Under the pieces are notes generated by a model, which made no database searches, had not been told where the DNA came from, and saw only the letters and a list, made by a program, of their open reading frames with translations. From IMG/VR virus record IMGVR_UViG_3300028534_000008, positions 1 to 44,530 of that record: DNA of 44,530 nt; one strand, 5' to 3'. The DNA comes from a virus. Of the stretch, positions 1-9,836 are shown one piece after another. How positions within the stretch are numbered: the stretch's first letter is position 1; each line of letters opens with the position of its first letter. The position numbers and the translations under genes were made by a program.

Positions 1-127
1 GATATGGTTGCTGAAAGTGGAAGTGATAAACATACTGCACATTTTGCTGATAGTTTTGGTTCATTATCAGGTGTACAATTTTACAATACAGTATCAGGTG
101 CTTGGGAATGGATGAACGGTTCACAAT
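1..127. repeat. Terminal direct repeat, 127 bp identical to 44404..44530 (circular-closure overlap of the contig)
   Basis: Compared base by base: gatatggttgctgaaag...gatgaacggttcacaat occurs at both window ends with no mismatch. Confidence 0.95.
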
Positions 128-261
128 CTGGAAGTTTGTCTTTATGGGATCAAACTGCAGTTACACACACAATGGATGCTGATGGATCTGTTGTAAATTA
201 TACACAATATAAACATAACGGAGTGCTTACAGGGGCGGTTCAGTTAAGGTTTTTCTTTTAA
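1..261 (+). CDS. 3' part of a wrap-around virion-associated gene (continues from 43537..44403; complete product 375 aa), function unknown
   Basis: Position 1 equals 44404 and both are first codon positions of the frame opened by ATG 43537. No stop occurs until TAA 259..261. The track ORF 4..261 is only its internal Met. Confidence 0.7.
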   Translation, partial: DMVAESGSDKHTAHFADSFGSLSGVQFYNTVSGAWEWMNGSQSGSLSLWDQTAVTHTMDADGSVVNYTQYKHNGVLTGAVQLRFFF

Positions 262-273
262 CAATAAATAAAT

Positions 274-2166
274 ATGGCAAGAATAAAAGGAGTTACAAGT
301 TTCGCGGCGAACTTCGAGAGTGAAAAAGCCGCACCGTTAGTGGATATGTACTGCGAAACGCATGCAGACATGATTAACGCTACGGAACAGGAGGCGCATG
401 ACGGAGCGCCATATATGTATTATGGGCGTAGAGCTATAGTGTTTGACGATCCTAATCCTGATAATAATGGTACATACCAATTAATAGATCCGCTTAATCC
501 AACATTATCATCATCATGGGAAAAATTTGGTGCTGGTGGTGCTGCTGATCAAGGTGTAGAGGATACTCCTAAGACTTTTTATATTTCTACAACTGGGAGT
601 GATACAACTGGAGATGGTTCACTAGCTAATCCATACGCAACTATAGTTCCTATTAAAAAGCAGTTAAAGCCAATAATAGCAACATCAATATTAATAGTGT
701 ATTTAGCTGGTACGCACACTATAGATGCAAATACATTTAAGTTTAATGGTTTTGCAATAGATGGTTCATCTTGGAGTAATTACATTCAAATAACTGGCGA
801 ATTACAGCAAGTAGATACAGTCACATTGACAGACAATTCAATATGGAAACACGAAGATTCAAGTAAAGCATATACAGTGAATGAACATGTTGGCAGATTT
901 TTATCTGATAATGATGATTACACAGCATTTCCGACATTGCTACCTATAGCAGAAAATGACGCAACTGTTTTAACTGCTGGATATGGCGCACCTTTTTCGT
1001 ATTCACCAAATATGATAGTAGAACCAGCTACTAATTTTGTAATGGCTTCTGGCGAAAGTTTATCATTCGAAAATTTAATGAGCGGTAGTGGTACTGTATG
1101 GGTTACGTATTTAAATATAGATTCTGGTAATACAACTATAGACGGAGAGATAACTGGATGTCAGACATACATATATGGTGTAAATTTAGTTGGTAGGAAC
1201 ACGGTAAATGGCATGAATATAAGTAAAAATATAGTATTTTATAAGTCGTTTTTGGAGTTACATGCAAGGGTGTATTCACCTAGTGAAGAAGGTGGTATAT
1301 TTTCGACTTTTACATGCTTACATCAATTAAGACCATCTACGCCATCAGAAAATACCGATTCATGGTTTAATCATTATGCGTTAACAATAGCAAGTGATAG
1401 GATAGGATATTATAATTCTTATATGTATTGGAGGGTTGTGTATAATCCTGGATATGTTGATTCAAAAAGAACTGAATTTGAGAGTATTGATCATTGTTAC
1501 TATGGTCATTGTGGAGGTATATTTAATTTTAGAGGTAGGTCTTTTGTACACTTAAAAAATGGATCGTCGCTAACTGTTGATGGCGTTGACTCTATAGTTT
1601 TAAATACAACAAAAACTAAAGGGATTGTGTTTGAGGGTAAGGATATGAATATAATCGGAACATATAACACTCTATTTAAGAGCGGGGCATTACAATGGGA
1701 TTTTTCATACGATGGTGTTGCGCATACATTGAATTATGGTACGTCGTTGTTTAAAAATAATGTATATATAGATATATCTCTTGGTCAATACGTCTATTTG
1801 CCAGATATTTATCCTGAATTTGGTGAGATTGATTATTTAAATGTAGCAGCTGGTACAAATCAAGATTTAATTATAGGGAACATCAACAATAGAAGAGTTA
1901 AGCAAATAATGGATATAGATGGAGGTTCTGAATTCGCAAATGTAACAATTAACACATTAAATTCAGATGACACTACTGCTGGACTTGATTCAGTACTTGA
2001 ATCTCAAGAAACTGGTACTTTATTAAAACCATCATTAACAAGTAGTGATGGTATAAAATTCACATTAAGTGTAAATGGAAGTGATGAGATAGTATTAAAT
2101 ATAGAAAATAATTCTATAATTGATGCTAATGTTAGATATTATTCAGAAAGGACAAACAAAGCTTAA
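274..2166 (+). CDS. Putative right-handed beta-helix tailspike/depolymerase-like structural protein (630 aa)
   Basis: Contains FYISTTGSDTTGDGSLANPYATI. This G-x-D-x(3)-G-x(4)-P-Y-x-T-I signature precedes pectate-lyase-fold (DUF1565-type) beta-helix domains. It sits beside fibre genes. Motif recalled from memory, not searched. Confidence 0.5.
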   Translation: MARIKGVTSFAANFESEKAAPLVDMYCETHADMINATEQEAHDGAPYMYYGRRAIVFDDPNPDNNGTYQLIDPLNPTLSSSWEKFGAGGAADQGVEDTPKTFYISTTGSDTTGDGSLANPYATIVPIKKQLKPIIATSILIVYLAGTHTIDANTFKFNGFAIDGSSWSNYIQITGELQQVDTVTLTDNSIWKHEDSSKAYTVNEHVGRFLSDNDDYTAFPTLLPIAENDATVLTAGYGAPFSYSPNMIVEPATNFVMASGESLSFENLMSGSGTVWVTYLNIDSGNTTIDGEITGCQTYIYGVNLVGRNTVNGMNISKNIVFYKSFLELHARVYSPSEEGGIFSTFTCLHQLRPSTPSENTDSWFNHYALTIASDRIGYYNSYMYWRVVYNPGYVDSKRTEFESIDHCYYGHCGGIFNFRGRSFVHLKNGSSLTVDGVDSIVLNTTKTKGIVFEGKDMNIIGTYNTLFKSGALQWDFSYDGVAHTLNYGTSLFKNNVYIDISLGQYVYLPDIYPEFGEIDYLNVAAGTNQDLIIGNINNRRVKQIMDIDGGSEFANVTINTLNSDDTTAGLDSVLESQETGTLLKPSLTSSDGIKFTLSVNGSDEIVLNIENNSIIDANVRYYSERTNKA

Positions 2167-2177
2167 CAAAAAAAGAA

Positions 2178-3950
2178 ATGGGGAATAAAAAAGTAGAAAA
2201 CTTGTTTTATGACAACAGCGTATCTGGGCTTGTTGCAACAAATGTACAGGATGCAATAGATGAAATAATTGCTGGCACTGTAACTGCTTCAAATGGCTTA
2301 AATAAAACATATAACGATATTAGACTTGGTGGAGATTTAGATTATGATACTTATATTGTACTTGGGAAACATAAAGAGTTGTTTATAGGTGGTACTGATA
2401 GGTATATGCATTTTCAAAACGATCAGATGTCAGCAGAGGATACTGCAGAGCCTAGATCTACACGTCTATATACTCTTGGGCTGTATTTTGACAACGACAG
2501 TGCCTCTACAAGGCATGAAATATCTCATGGGATAGGAGGTTTACAGGTTCAAAGTAACGCATCAAATTTTGCTGGTATGTATTATAGTGCTGATTATTCA
2601 GCTGATTTTATAAACAGGTCGTTGATAGATAAGGAGTATGCTGATAATTTGATAAAACCTTTAGAAGTTACATATGCTGAATTAAAAAATTTAATAGATT
2701 CTAGTTCGGTTATTGTTGGCAAATATTACAAAATAACTGATTACGCTACTAAGTATGTGCAGCCAATTACAAATATTGTGCGAACAGAATCTATCGAGGC
2801 TTTAATAGTTAAAGGGATTAGTGATATAAATATTAGCAATGTTGCATATAGCCAAGATTATCCAGAAGATATTATTTACTATGATTTTTATAATGACCAA
2901 ACAATTGATGGTACACCTCGGAATGGTTGGATATTTAGGAGGATTGATACTGTTAGGGATATAGATATAGCGCATGATTTTAGTGTTAGATATAGAAGAT
3001 GGAAAATAACAGCTGATTCTAGTGGGTATGTTAGTTATACAGTAGGGAAGTACTTATCATATAAGGATAGCAACATATCTATCAGTGGGGAAACGTTAAC
3101 GGTCGATTCAAATGATTACATTGATTGCCCTACATTGTGCAATTTAGATGATTTAAACGATGTGCGTGGTGGTCAAATGAAAAATATTTTTATAGGTAAT
3201 TTAGATCATGATTATTTAAGTAATGCTGGGTATTATAGTGGTTATCATGGGAACAATGTTTTAATTGCTCAAAATAATTCAGAAACGTTAAATATAACTG
3301 ACGTTAAATTTTCAGGGAATTGCTTTGAGAATACAATATGGAATAAAGCTGTACATTTTAATGCGGGATTTGATTTTAGAAGAAATATATTTACAGACAT
3401 TAAATATGTTACATTTAACTCTGACGTATATGACAACGTATCATCTTACATCCATTCCACAGTGTTGGCGAGTAATGCTTATGATAATATAATTGGGACA
3501 ATAGATAAGATGAATTTAGGTGGCGCGTTTGCACACAATGTCATTCAGTCAATTTTTATGAATGGTGGAACTGGTGATATAGTAAACAATAAAATAAGAA
3601 GAATTAACTCAACAATAGTATCTCAAAGGTTAGAGGGTATTGATATACCAAATTTAAACATAGAGCTTTGTAATATATCACGTGTTTTAAACATGACAGA
3701 AAGTACAACTGCAGATGTTTATTGGCAAAGATGTAGTTTTAATGATTGTAGTAATTGGGATTTAAAAGCTGATTCAAATTTTACTGATAAGTTTTTTACA
3801 TTATCTAAAGATGGTTTAGATTTGACATCTGCAACACATGTTTATGATTCATCAAAATCATTACAGTTCCATAAGGATACTTCTGGCACTCACAAAGTGA
3901 GTTGGATAGATGCTTCAAATGTTGTTCATTATGATTTAATAACTAACTAA
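2178..3950 (+). CDS. Tail/neck fibre protein, paralogue A (590 aa)
   Basis: N-terminus MGNKKVENLFYDNSVSGLVATNVQDAIDEIIAG is nearly identical to that of 3959..6247. The TNVQDAIDEI-type motif is typical of fibre N-terminal anchors. Carries one ADYSADFINRSLIDKEYAD junction motif. Confidence 0.6.
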   Translation: MGNKKVENLFYDNSVSGLVATNVQDAIDEIIAGTVTASNGLNKTYNDIRLGGDLDYDTYIVLGKHKELFIGGTDRYMHFQNDQMSAEDTAEPRSTRLYTLGLYFDNDSASTRHEISHGIGGLQVQSNASNFAGMYYSADYSADFINRSLIDKEYADNLIKPLEVTYAELKNLIDSSSVIVGKYYKITDYATKYVQPITNIVRTESIEALIVKGISDINISNVAYSQDYPEDIIYYDFYNDQTIDGTPRNGWIFRRIDTVRDIDIAHDFSVRYRRWKITADSSGYVSYTVGKYLSYKDSNISISGETLTVDSNDYIDCPTLCNLDDLNDVRGGQMKNIFIGNLDHDYLSNAGYYSGYHGNNVLIAQNNSETLNITDVKFSGNCFENTIWNKAVHFNAGFDFRRNIFTDIKYVTFNSDVYDNVSSYIHSTVLASNAYDNIIGTIDKMNLGGAFAHNVIQSIFMNGGTGDIVNNKIRRINSTIVSQRLEGIDIPNLNIELCNISRVLNMTESTTADVYWQRCSFNDCSNWDLKADSNFTDKFFTLSKDGLDLTSATHVYDSSKSLQFHKDTSGTHKVSWIDASNVVHYDLITN

Positions 3951-3958
3951 TTAATATT

Positions 3959-6247
3959 ATGGGAAATAAAAAGGTAGAAAATTTGTTCTACGACAATAGC
4001 ACTTCTGGTATAGTTGCTAGCAACATACAGGACGCGATAGATGAAATAATTGCATCTACAACTAACCTATACACAGCTGACGGAGCATTAACTGCTAACA
4101 GGACTGTTAACGGTAATGGGCATTCAATGGAATTTAACAACCTTAATTGGTTTGGGTTTTATTCAGCTAATGGGAATGGAGAGATAGAATTTGATGGTGC
4201 TGTAATGAAGATAGCAGCTGCAAATGGAGGTGAGTTTGAGCTTGGACATCAAGATTCGTTATTATGGGCAATTACAAGTACGGTATCAGATTTTAAAATA
4301 AGATCTGGGAATACAGATGCTAAAATAACAGATGCAAGAGCCACAACAAAAGGTTTTGAGTATGCAGCTGATTATTCTACTGGGTATACAAATAGATCGT
4401 TAGTAGATAAAGAGTATGTAGATACTGCAATAGTTAATGGCGTAGTAAATATATATAATTCTGATGGCACAATAAGCGGTGGTGATCGCACAGTTGATAT
4501 AGATGGAAATTCATTATATTTTGATAATACAGAATTGCACGTTGAATTTAATGAAGATGAATTTATTTTTGAAACAGATGACGGAGTTGCGAGTGCTGCA
4601 TATAGTCAAGATCCTAATGGTTCATCTTACGTATCTACACATACTGGATCTAATCAAAATGCAGATGCTAGTTACAGGTTTAATAATTTAAGTTTTTCGA
4701 GATCTGATGACGGTAATGCCACAAGAACAATTTTTACAATAGATCCAATAAACATATCTATTAGTAGTGACGTTGCTAACTTTCAAGGTGCTGTATATGC
4801 TGCCAATTATTCAGCTGATTACACTCCTCGGTCTTTAGTAGATAAGGAATATGTAGATGGACATGTTGGATCATCTGTATTTGACGCTGATGCTGACACT
4901 GGGATTCAAACTGAACGTACTGCCGATGATGATACGCTAAGATTCCAAACTGCTGGGAATGACGCAATGATGATAGATAATACTGGTAAGGTTAGAGTTT
5001 CTAGTGATAATGGTTCTACTGGGATGAATTGCTTGTTTGAAGTTGGGAAAGGGTCTGAATCATCAACATTCGGGGTTCAGGCTGATCCCGCATATGGGAA
5101 CATAGCTACATTCAGAGATCAAGATGGTGAAAATGTCTTTAGAGCAAAAGGTGCTTTAAGTTCTGATAATTTAGAGGTTACATTCGGTGATACTGACGTT
5201 GCATATAGTGGTGCTGGAATGATAGTTAAATCAGGCACTGGGAATGGTAGCCTTGAGGTATTAAATTCAGAATTAAGATTTTACCAAGGGAATTATTCAA
5301 CTGCACATCCAGTAGGATTCAAATCACCATCAGGAGTTGCGGCTGATCATATATGGACACTACCTGATAATGACGGTTTAGCAAATCAAGTTTTAACAAC
5401 AGACGGAAGTCACGTATTAGAATTCACAAGTCCAACTGTATTCGTTAACGCAAATAACGGGATAACAAAAACAACTTCTGGACAGGTTTCAACCTTAAAA
5501 CTTGGTGGTAATTTAAGCGAAGATACTACTATATCTGGAGATTCTAAAACTTATGGATTAGATTTGCCAGCACTTAGTTATTTTAATGTTAATGCAGATG
5601 ACGTGTTTATTGAGACTGGGGCAGGCGCTCAATTAGAGTTAACTTCTGATTTAGCTGCAATTACATCAAATAGTGGTAGTTTACAAACATCGAATACAAA
5701 GACTGTATTTAATGATTTGCGATCAGTTGGCAATAGATCTGGTATTGAATATGTTTCTGATTATTCAGATGATTTTGTTGATAGGTCTCTTGTGGACAAA
5801 CAATATGTAGACAATAGGACAAGTGCTATTCAATTAGTTAACCAAGCCATGACTACGCTTAATGGATCTACAGCTGGAACAGAGGTTACATGGAATGCAA
5901 CAGCTACTCATAATACAAATATAGATGTATTCACGCCTGGAACAAATGGTGTAACCGTTACAGAGGGTATATATGAAGTTTATACTTCATTGTACAATGA
6001 AGCATCTTCTAGTCGTGTAAACGTTGGTGTTGAAGTTCTTGTAAATGGCGCTGGACAAGGGGCAATAGGTGCTGGTGGATATATAAGGAATTTGAATGGG
6101 CATAAAGAATCAAGTAGTAGTGTTAAGCAAATTATAACGTGTGCAGATGGTGACGTTATAAGCATTCATGGTATTAGGATGGCAAATTCTGGAACTGTTA
6201 CTACTCCTGCTGACAAATCTGTATTAATTATTAATAAATTACAATAA
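3959..6247 (+). CDS. Tail/neck fibre protein, paralogue B (762 aa), modular
   Basis: Shares the first ~33 aa with 2178..3950 and then diverges. Has three copies of the (A/S)xYSxx(F/Y)xxRSLVDK(E/Q)YVD motif (nt ~4352-4425, ~4790-4861, ~5745-5815). The C-terminal ~130 aa looks like a compact beta-rich head domain. Confidence 0.6.
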   Translation: MGNKKVENLFYDNSTSGIVASNIQDAIDEIIASTTNLYTADGALTANRTVNGNGHSMEFNNLNWFGFYSANGNGEIEFDGAVMKIAAANGGEFELGHQDSLLWAITSTVSDFKIRSGNTDAKITDARATTKGFEYAADYSTGYTNRSLVDKEYVDTAIVNGVVNIYNSDGTISGGDRTVDIDGNSLYFDNTELHVEFNEDEFIFETDDGVASAAYSQDPNGSSYVSTHTGSNQNADASYRFNNLSFSRSDDGNATRTIFTIDPINISISSDVANFQGAVYAANYSADYTPRSLVDKEYVDGHVGSSVFDADADTGIQTERTADDDTLRFQTAGNDAMMIDNTGKVRVSSDNGSTGMNCLFEVGKGSESSTFGVQADPAYGNIATFRDQDGENVFRAKGALSSDNLEVTFGDTDVAYSGAGMIVKSGTGNGSLEVLNSELRFYQGNYSTAHPVGFKSPSGVAADHIWTLPDNDGLANQVLTTDGSHVLEFTSPTVFVNANNGITKTTSGQVSTLKLGGNLSEDTTISGDSKTYGLDLPALSYFNVNADDVFIETGAGAQLELTSDLAAITSNSGSLQTSNTKTVFNDLRSVGNRSGIEYVSDYSDDFVDRSLVDKQYVDNRTSAIQLVNQAMTTLNGSTAGTEVTWNATATHNTNIDVFTPGTNGVTVTEGIYEVYTSLYNEASSSRVNVGVEVLVNGAGQGAIGAGGYIRNLNGHKESSSSVKQIITCADGDVISIHGIRMANSGTVTTPADKSVLIINKLQ

Positions 6248-6248
6248 T

Positions 6249-6779
6249 ATGAAGTTTTTAGTTACTCAAGGATGGATTGACAATGTCAATTCACAATTAC
6301 CAATAGATATGAAAATTGAATCCGAAGTGGATGATTTATTTAATATGTACATTGAAAGTGCTGTATTAGATTTTGTAAAAAGCAATACAAATACAAGTAT
6401 TGATTGGGATGCAGAAATTGCTAATTTGACAGAACTGGTAGATGTGTTTAGTTCTAGTTTCATTGCAACTACTCATTATACAAATTTATATACATGGCTG
6501 TTACATGCTGAAACAAATCAAGACGCTGTTGATTCTTTGGAAATTATAAGAAATTTAAACGTTTCTTTATTACATGAATTTGCATTAAAAGTTTTGCTAT
6601 TTGGATTGGCTACTACTTTTCCTTTGTATATAGAAAAAGCTCTAGTTTATTATATGAGATATTTTGAATCAATAATGCCTGCTGATAAATATGCACAATT
6701 AAAAGGGTATGTTTTACAAGGTGTTGGAGATGATGTTTCAAATTTGCCTGAAAGTATATCAACATTATTACAACAATAG
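6249..6779 (+). CDS. Hypothetical protein (176 aa), possible fibre assembly/chaperone by position
   Basis: ORF starts 2 nt after the fibre gene stop. No recognisable motif. Confidence 0.4.
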   Translation: MKFLVTQGWIDNVNSQLPIDMKIESEVDDLFNMYIESAVLDFVKSNTNTSIDWDAEIANLTELVDVFSSSFIATTHYTNLYTWLLHAETNQDAVDSLEIIRNLNVSLLHEFALKVLLFGLATTFPLYIEKALVYYMRYFESIMPADKYAQLKGYVLQGVGDDVSNLPESISTLLQQ

Positions 6780-6782
6780 AAA

Positions 6783-7124
6783 ATGTTACATTATAGAGAC
6801 TTAACACAGGAACAAAAAGACAAAATAAGCAATGGGTGTGGAGCTGCAAAAGCGGCTCTGCTAATCCCAAACTTTATTTTTGAAGCGGATTGTTCACATC
6901 ATGATTTCCTTTATTGGCGTGGGAATACAATATTCCATAAAGTAAAAGCCGACACACTATTTTATTATTATATGGTAAAAGATGCGTTTAAAGAAAAACA
7001 TTACGATTTAAAGGTGTTTTATTTTTTAATGGCAACTTTATACTATATAATGGTATCAGTACTGGGAATATTCTTCTTTAATTGGAGAAAGCAAAGAACT
7101 AAAAAAGATTTAATCAATTTATAA
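6783..7124 (+). CDS. Membrane-anchored phospholipase A2-like protein (113 aa); alternative: DUF1353-like
   Basis: NGCGAAKAALLIPNFIFEADCSHHDFLYWRGN resembles the GC(S/G)..P..F..aC.(R/H)HDF.Y(R)N active-site region of bacterial/fungal group XIV secreted PLA2. Hydrophobic C-terminal segment YFLMATLYYIMVSVLGIFFFNW. Motif from memory. Confidence 0.4.
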   Translation: MLHYRDLTQEQKDKISNGCGAAKAALLIPNFIFEADCSHHDFLYWRGNTIFHKVKADTLFYYYMVKDAFKEKHYDLKVFYFLMATLYYIMVSVLGIFFFNWRKQRTKKDLINL

Positions 7125-7125
7125 A

Positions 7126-7347
7126 ATGGATATGGCTGAAAGAATGGCTAGAGTCGAAACAGAGATTACTAACCTAAAGGCAACAAACACGTCCGAACAT
7201 GCAGCATTAAAGGACATTGTTGAGAAATTTATTGCTGGTGCTGATAAAAAATATGCTAGCAAGATAACAGAAAAGGTTGTATATGGGATGATCACATTCA
7301 TCTTAATTTCATTTGGCGGAGCAATAATGGCATTAATAATAAAATAA
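7126..7347 (+). CDS. Small tail-anchored membrane protein, XhlA-like topology (73 aa)
   Basis: N-terminal coiled-coil-like segment (MAERMARVETEITNLKA) plus a single C-terminal TM (VVYGMITFILISFGGAIMALII), as in the XhlA family. Confidence 0.4.
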   Translation: MDMAERMARVETEITNLKATNTSEHAALKDIVEKFIAGADKKYASKITEKVVYGMITFILISFGGAIMALIIK

Positions 7348-7348
7348 T

Positions 7349-7846
7349 ATGGCACTAACAACAGAAGCAACATATAGTACACAGGCTGAATTTAATTCTT
7401 ATTCAAAAAATGACTGGTCAGCATTAACTTTAGCAGAATGGAACAAGGTTGCATTATTAGCAGAGGATATAGTTGATTCATACATACAAATACCTAAACG
7501 TGATCATTTTTCATGTGATAGGAAAGTACCTTTTAACGATGTTGATTGTGGATGTGGAAAAGATGAAAAAATACCATGTGACATTACAAAGGCACATATA
7601 ATAATTACAGAAAATGAATTACTTAAAAAACAGAACGGATTGGATAGTCAAACAACGTTAATAGGCGGTAATTCAGACGCTCAAAGCGAAGAATGGAGTT
7701 CTTCATCATATAAGATAAGTAAAGGCTCTAAATCGGGGCTAGGAAGTGCTGGTGGAGATTATGAGCAAATAAATGTAGGTATACCACCATTAGCTAATAG
7801 ATTATTGGCAAAATACAGGAATGGGATGTTACAATTCACAATTTAA
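7349..7846 (+). CDS. Head-tail connector/adaptor candidate (165 aa), by synteny
   Basis: First of four tightly packed small ORFs immediately upstream of the major tail gene. Confidence 0.35.
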   Translation: MALTTEATYSTQAEFNSYSKNDWSALTLAEWNKVALLAEDIVDSYIQIPKRDHFSCDRKVPFNDVDCGCGKDEKIPCDITKAHIIITENELLKKQNGLDSQTTLIGGNSDAQSEEWSSSSYKISKGSKSGLGSAGGDYEQINVGIPPLANRLLAKYRNGMLQFTI

Positions 7847-7855
7847 TATAAAACA

Positions 7856-8200
7856 ATGGCATACATAGACGCATTACAAGATAGAGCTGATATATTCACA
7901 ATAAATTATGTGAAAAATGCTATTGGTGAACAGATAAAAACAGAAGTGTCTTTGTATACAGATTTACCATGTAGGATGATGAGATATTCAACTACTAAGC
8001 GTAAGCAAACGGAGGGGTATCAAGAAAGCCAGACTGATACATGGTTAATACAAGTACAGCCACAACACGATCAAGCTAAGCGTGGTGATAGGTGTATTAT
8101 AGATAATCAAATGTATTTAATAACATCTAGGCAAAAAATAAGGGGTGCAACGCCAGCAGTACATCATGTTGTTTATTTACTAGATGAATATAATGGTTAA
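7856..8200 (+). CDS. Head closure / head-tail adaptor-like protein (114 aa)
   Basis: Size and position are typical of SPP1 gp16 / HK97 gp9-like head-closure proteins. Overlaps the next ORF by 17 nt. Confidence 0.45.
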   Translation: MAYIDALQDRADIFTINYVKNAIGEQIKTEVSLYTDLPCRMMRYSTTKRKQTEGYQESQTDTWLIQVQPQHDQAKRGDRCIIDNQMYLITSRQKIRGATPAVHHVVYLLDEYNG

Positions 8201-8540
8201 TTTAGAAGGACAAAGTAGTAGAATAAAAGATAATCTTGCAAGGAAGCTTTATAAAGCTGGACTTTATTTGGAAGGTGAGGTTAAAAAGATAGTTGCAATT
8301 GATACAGGACTTCTACATGATTCAATAGATACATCACCAGTAATGAGATATGAAAATGGGATGTATGTTGAGATTGGTACAGAATATGTTGATTACGCAA
8401 AATACGTAGAATACGGGGTAGGTAAAATATACAATTACCATAGAGGTGGAAGTGTAGTGTATACTGGAGATGGACAACATTACTTAGAGAGAGCAAAAAA
8501 CGACAGTATAGAAGAAATTATTAATATATTGACACAATGA
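8184..8540 (+). CDS. HK97 gp10-like neck/tail-completion protein (118 aa)
   Basis: VKKIVAIDTGLLHDSI matches the characteristic DTGxL(r/h)dSI motif of the HK97-gp10-like family. Correct synteny. Confidence 0.6.
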   Translation: MNIMVNLEGQSSRIKDNLARKLYKAGLYLEGEVKKIVAIDTGLLHDSIDTSPVMRYENGMYVEIGTEYVDYAKYVEYGVGKIYNYHRGGSVVYTGDGQHYLERAKNDSIEEIINILTQ

Positions 8541-8929
8541 TTGTACAAGATTTGATAACACAACTAGAGAATTCGCCGTTAATAAATGCGATTGTACCTG
8601 CTAATAGAATAACATTTAAACGACCATTAAACTCTGATGAGTTTATAAATAATGATAATTTAATTTATGTAGAAAGAAAGATTGAGGTGCATGAAGACGC
8701 GTGTGTTGAATCTAATATATTTCAAATAATTGCATATTCTAAAACCGCATTAGAGCTTGAGAGTATATGCGAAGCTATAAAACAAACATTTAAAAATGGT
8801 AATAATTTACTTGATAACAATTATTACTTTAGAAATAAATTTCTTAGTAGGACTGATGGGGTTAATAAATTAACAACAGGTTTCTACTGGTCAACAATGA
8901 CATATGATTTTTCACAAATAGTCGGATAG
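8537..8929 (+). CDS. Tail terminator/tail completion-like protein (130 aa), by synteny
   Basis: Last small ORF before the major tail gene. Overlaps the previous stop by 4 nt. Confidence 0.4.
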   Translation: MIVQDLITQLENSPLINAIVPANRITFKRPLNSDEFINNDNLIYVERKIEVHEDACVESNIFQIIAYSKTALELESICEAIKQTFKNGNNLLDNNYYFRNKFLSRTDGVNKLTTGFYWSTMTYDFSQIVG

Positions 8930-9010
8930 TACCGTTATATACTCGTCGGCGGACGTTAAACGTAAAGTATTAAATGATTAAGTGGCATTTATTATTTAAT
9001 ATTTTAAAAA

Positions 9011-9796
9011 ATGGCTATAAACAAAAACAAGATAGCGCAGTTTATCGGATATGTTGATGTAGCAAAAGAAGGAGAGAGTTGTTATACACGACTTGGATGT
9101 ACTAATGATGTAGTATTCACGTTCAACAACGCTGCTAACGAAACTGTAATTGATACAGATTCATGTGGTGAAATTTTAAAAGTTGTTGAAGCAGAAGCTA
9201 CTATTGAAGGTACTTTCTACGAATCTTTTGATATAGATACAATGGAATTACTTTTAGGTGGTTCTAAAACTAGCGTTACTGGTGCTGCTGTAAGTGGTGC
9301 TACACAAGAGTTCGGATCACCAATTGAATACGGAGTGTTCTGTGAATTAGATGGTCAAAACGCTGATGGTAGTGCTCCAACTATTACATCTGTTGTTGGT
9401 TCAGTAGACGGTGCATTGACTGCTGGTACTGATTACAACGTAGTTGAGAATAGTACTAAAGGTACTCGGTATGGTGTTTCGTTTGTATCAGGTGGTAATA
9501 TCACAACTGTTGATCAAACTATCACTGTTACTTACGACTACACACCAAATGCTGCAGAAGTGTTAGAACTTACAGCTGGTGTAGTTACACTTCCTGAATT
9601 CTCTGTACGAGTTATTGCTCTTGATCCTAATGATGAAAACAAAGTTAAATTCATCAAATTGGCAAAAGCAACATTCACATCTGAATATGGTATTCAGTTT
9701 GTAAATGCAGTTCGTGCTGGTGGTTTAGACGGTACATCATTCAAATTTACATCTGTAAAAGGGTCTAAAGTTGATTTCCATGATGAAATGCTTTAA
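9011..9796 (+). CDS. Major tail protein (261 aa)
   Basis: Lies between the neck proteins and the chaperone/tape-measure pair and is followed by a strong intrinsic terminator. Composition is Thr/Val/Gly-rich and beta-type. Confidence 0.65.
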   Translation: MAINKNKIAQFIGYVDVAKEGESCYTRLGCTNDVVFTFNNAANETVIDTDSCGEILKVVEAEATIEGTFYESFDIDTMELLLGGSKTSVTGAAVSGATQEFGSPIEYGVFCELDGQNADGSAPTITSVVGSVDGALTAGTDYNVVENSTKGTRYGVSFVSGGNITTVDQTITVTYDYTPNAAEVLELTAGVVTLPEFSVRVIALDPNDENKVKFIKLAKATFTSEYGIQFVNAVRAGGLDGTSFKFTSVKGSKVDFHDEML

Positions 9797-9808
9797 GCAT
9801 AGTTAAAA

Positions 9809-9836
9809 GGGGCGGTAGAAATACCGCTCTTTTTTT
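9809..9836 (+). terminator. Rho-independent terminator after the major tail gene
   Basis: gggcggta-GAAA-taccgctc gives an 8-bp stem (one G-U) with a GAAA tetraloop, followed by T7. Confidence 0.8.

Noticed and set aside
4503-6463. Short nested or antisense track ORFs within the fibre genes (4503..4691, 4776..4967, 5980..6165, 6266..6463)
   Set aside because: They lie entirely inside longer, motif-bearing ORFs and have no independent support.
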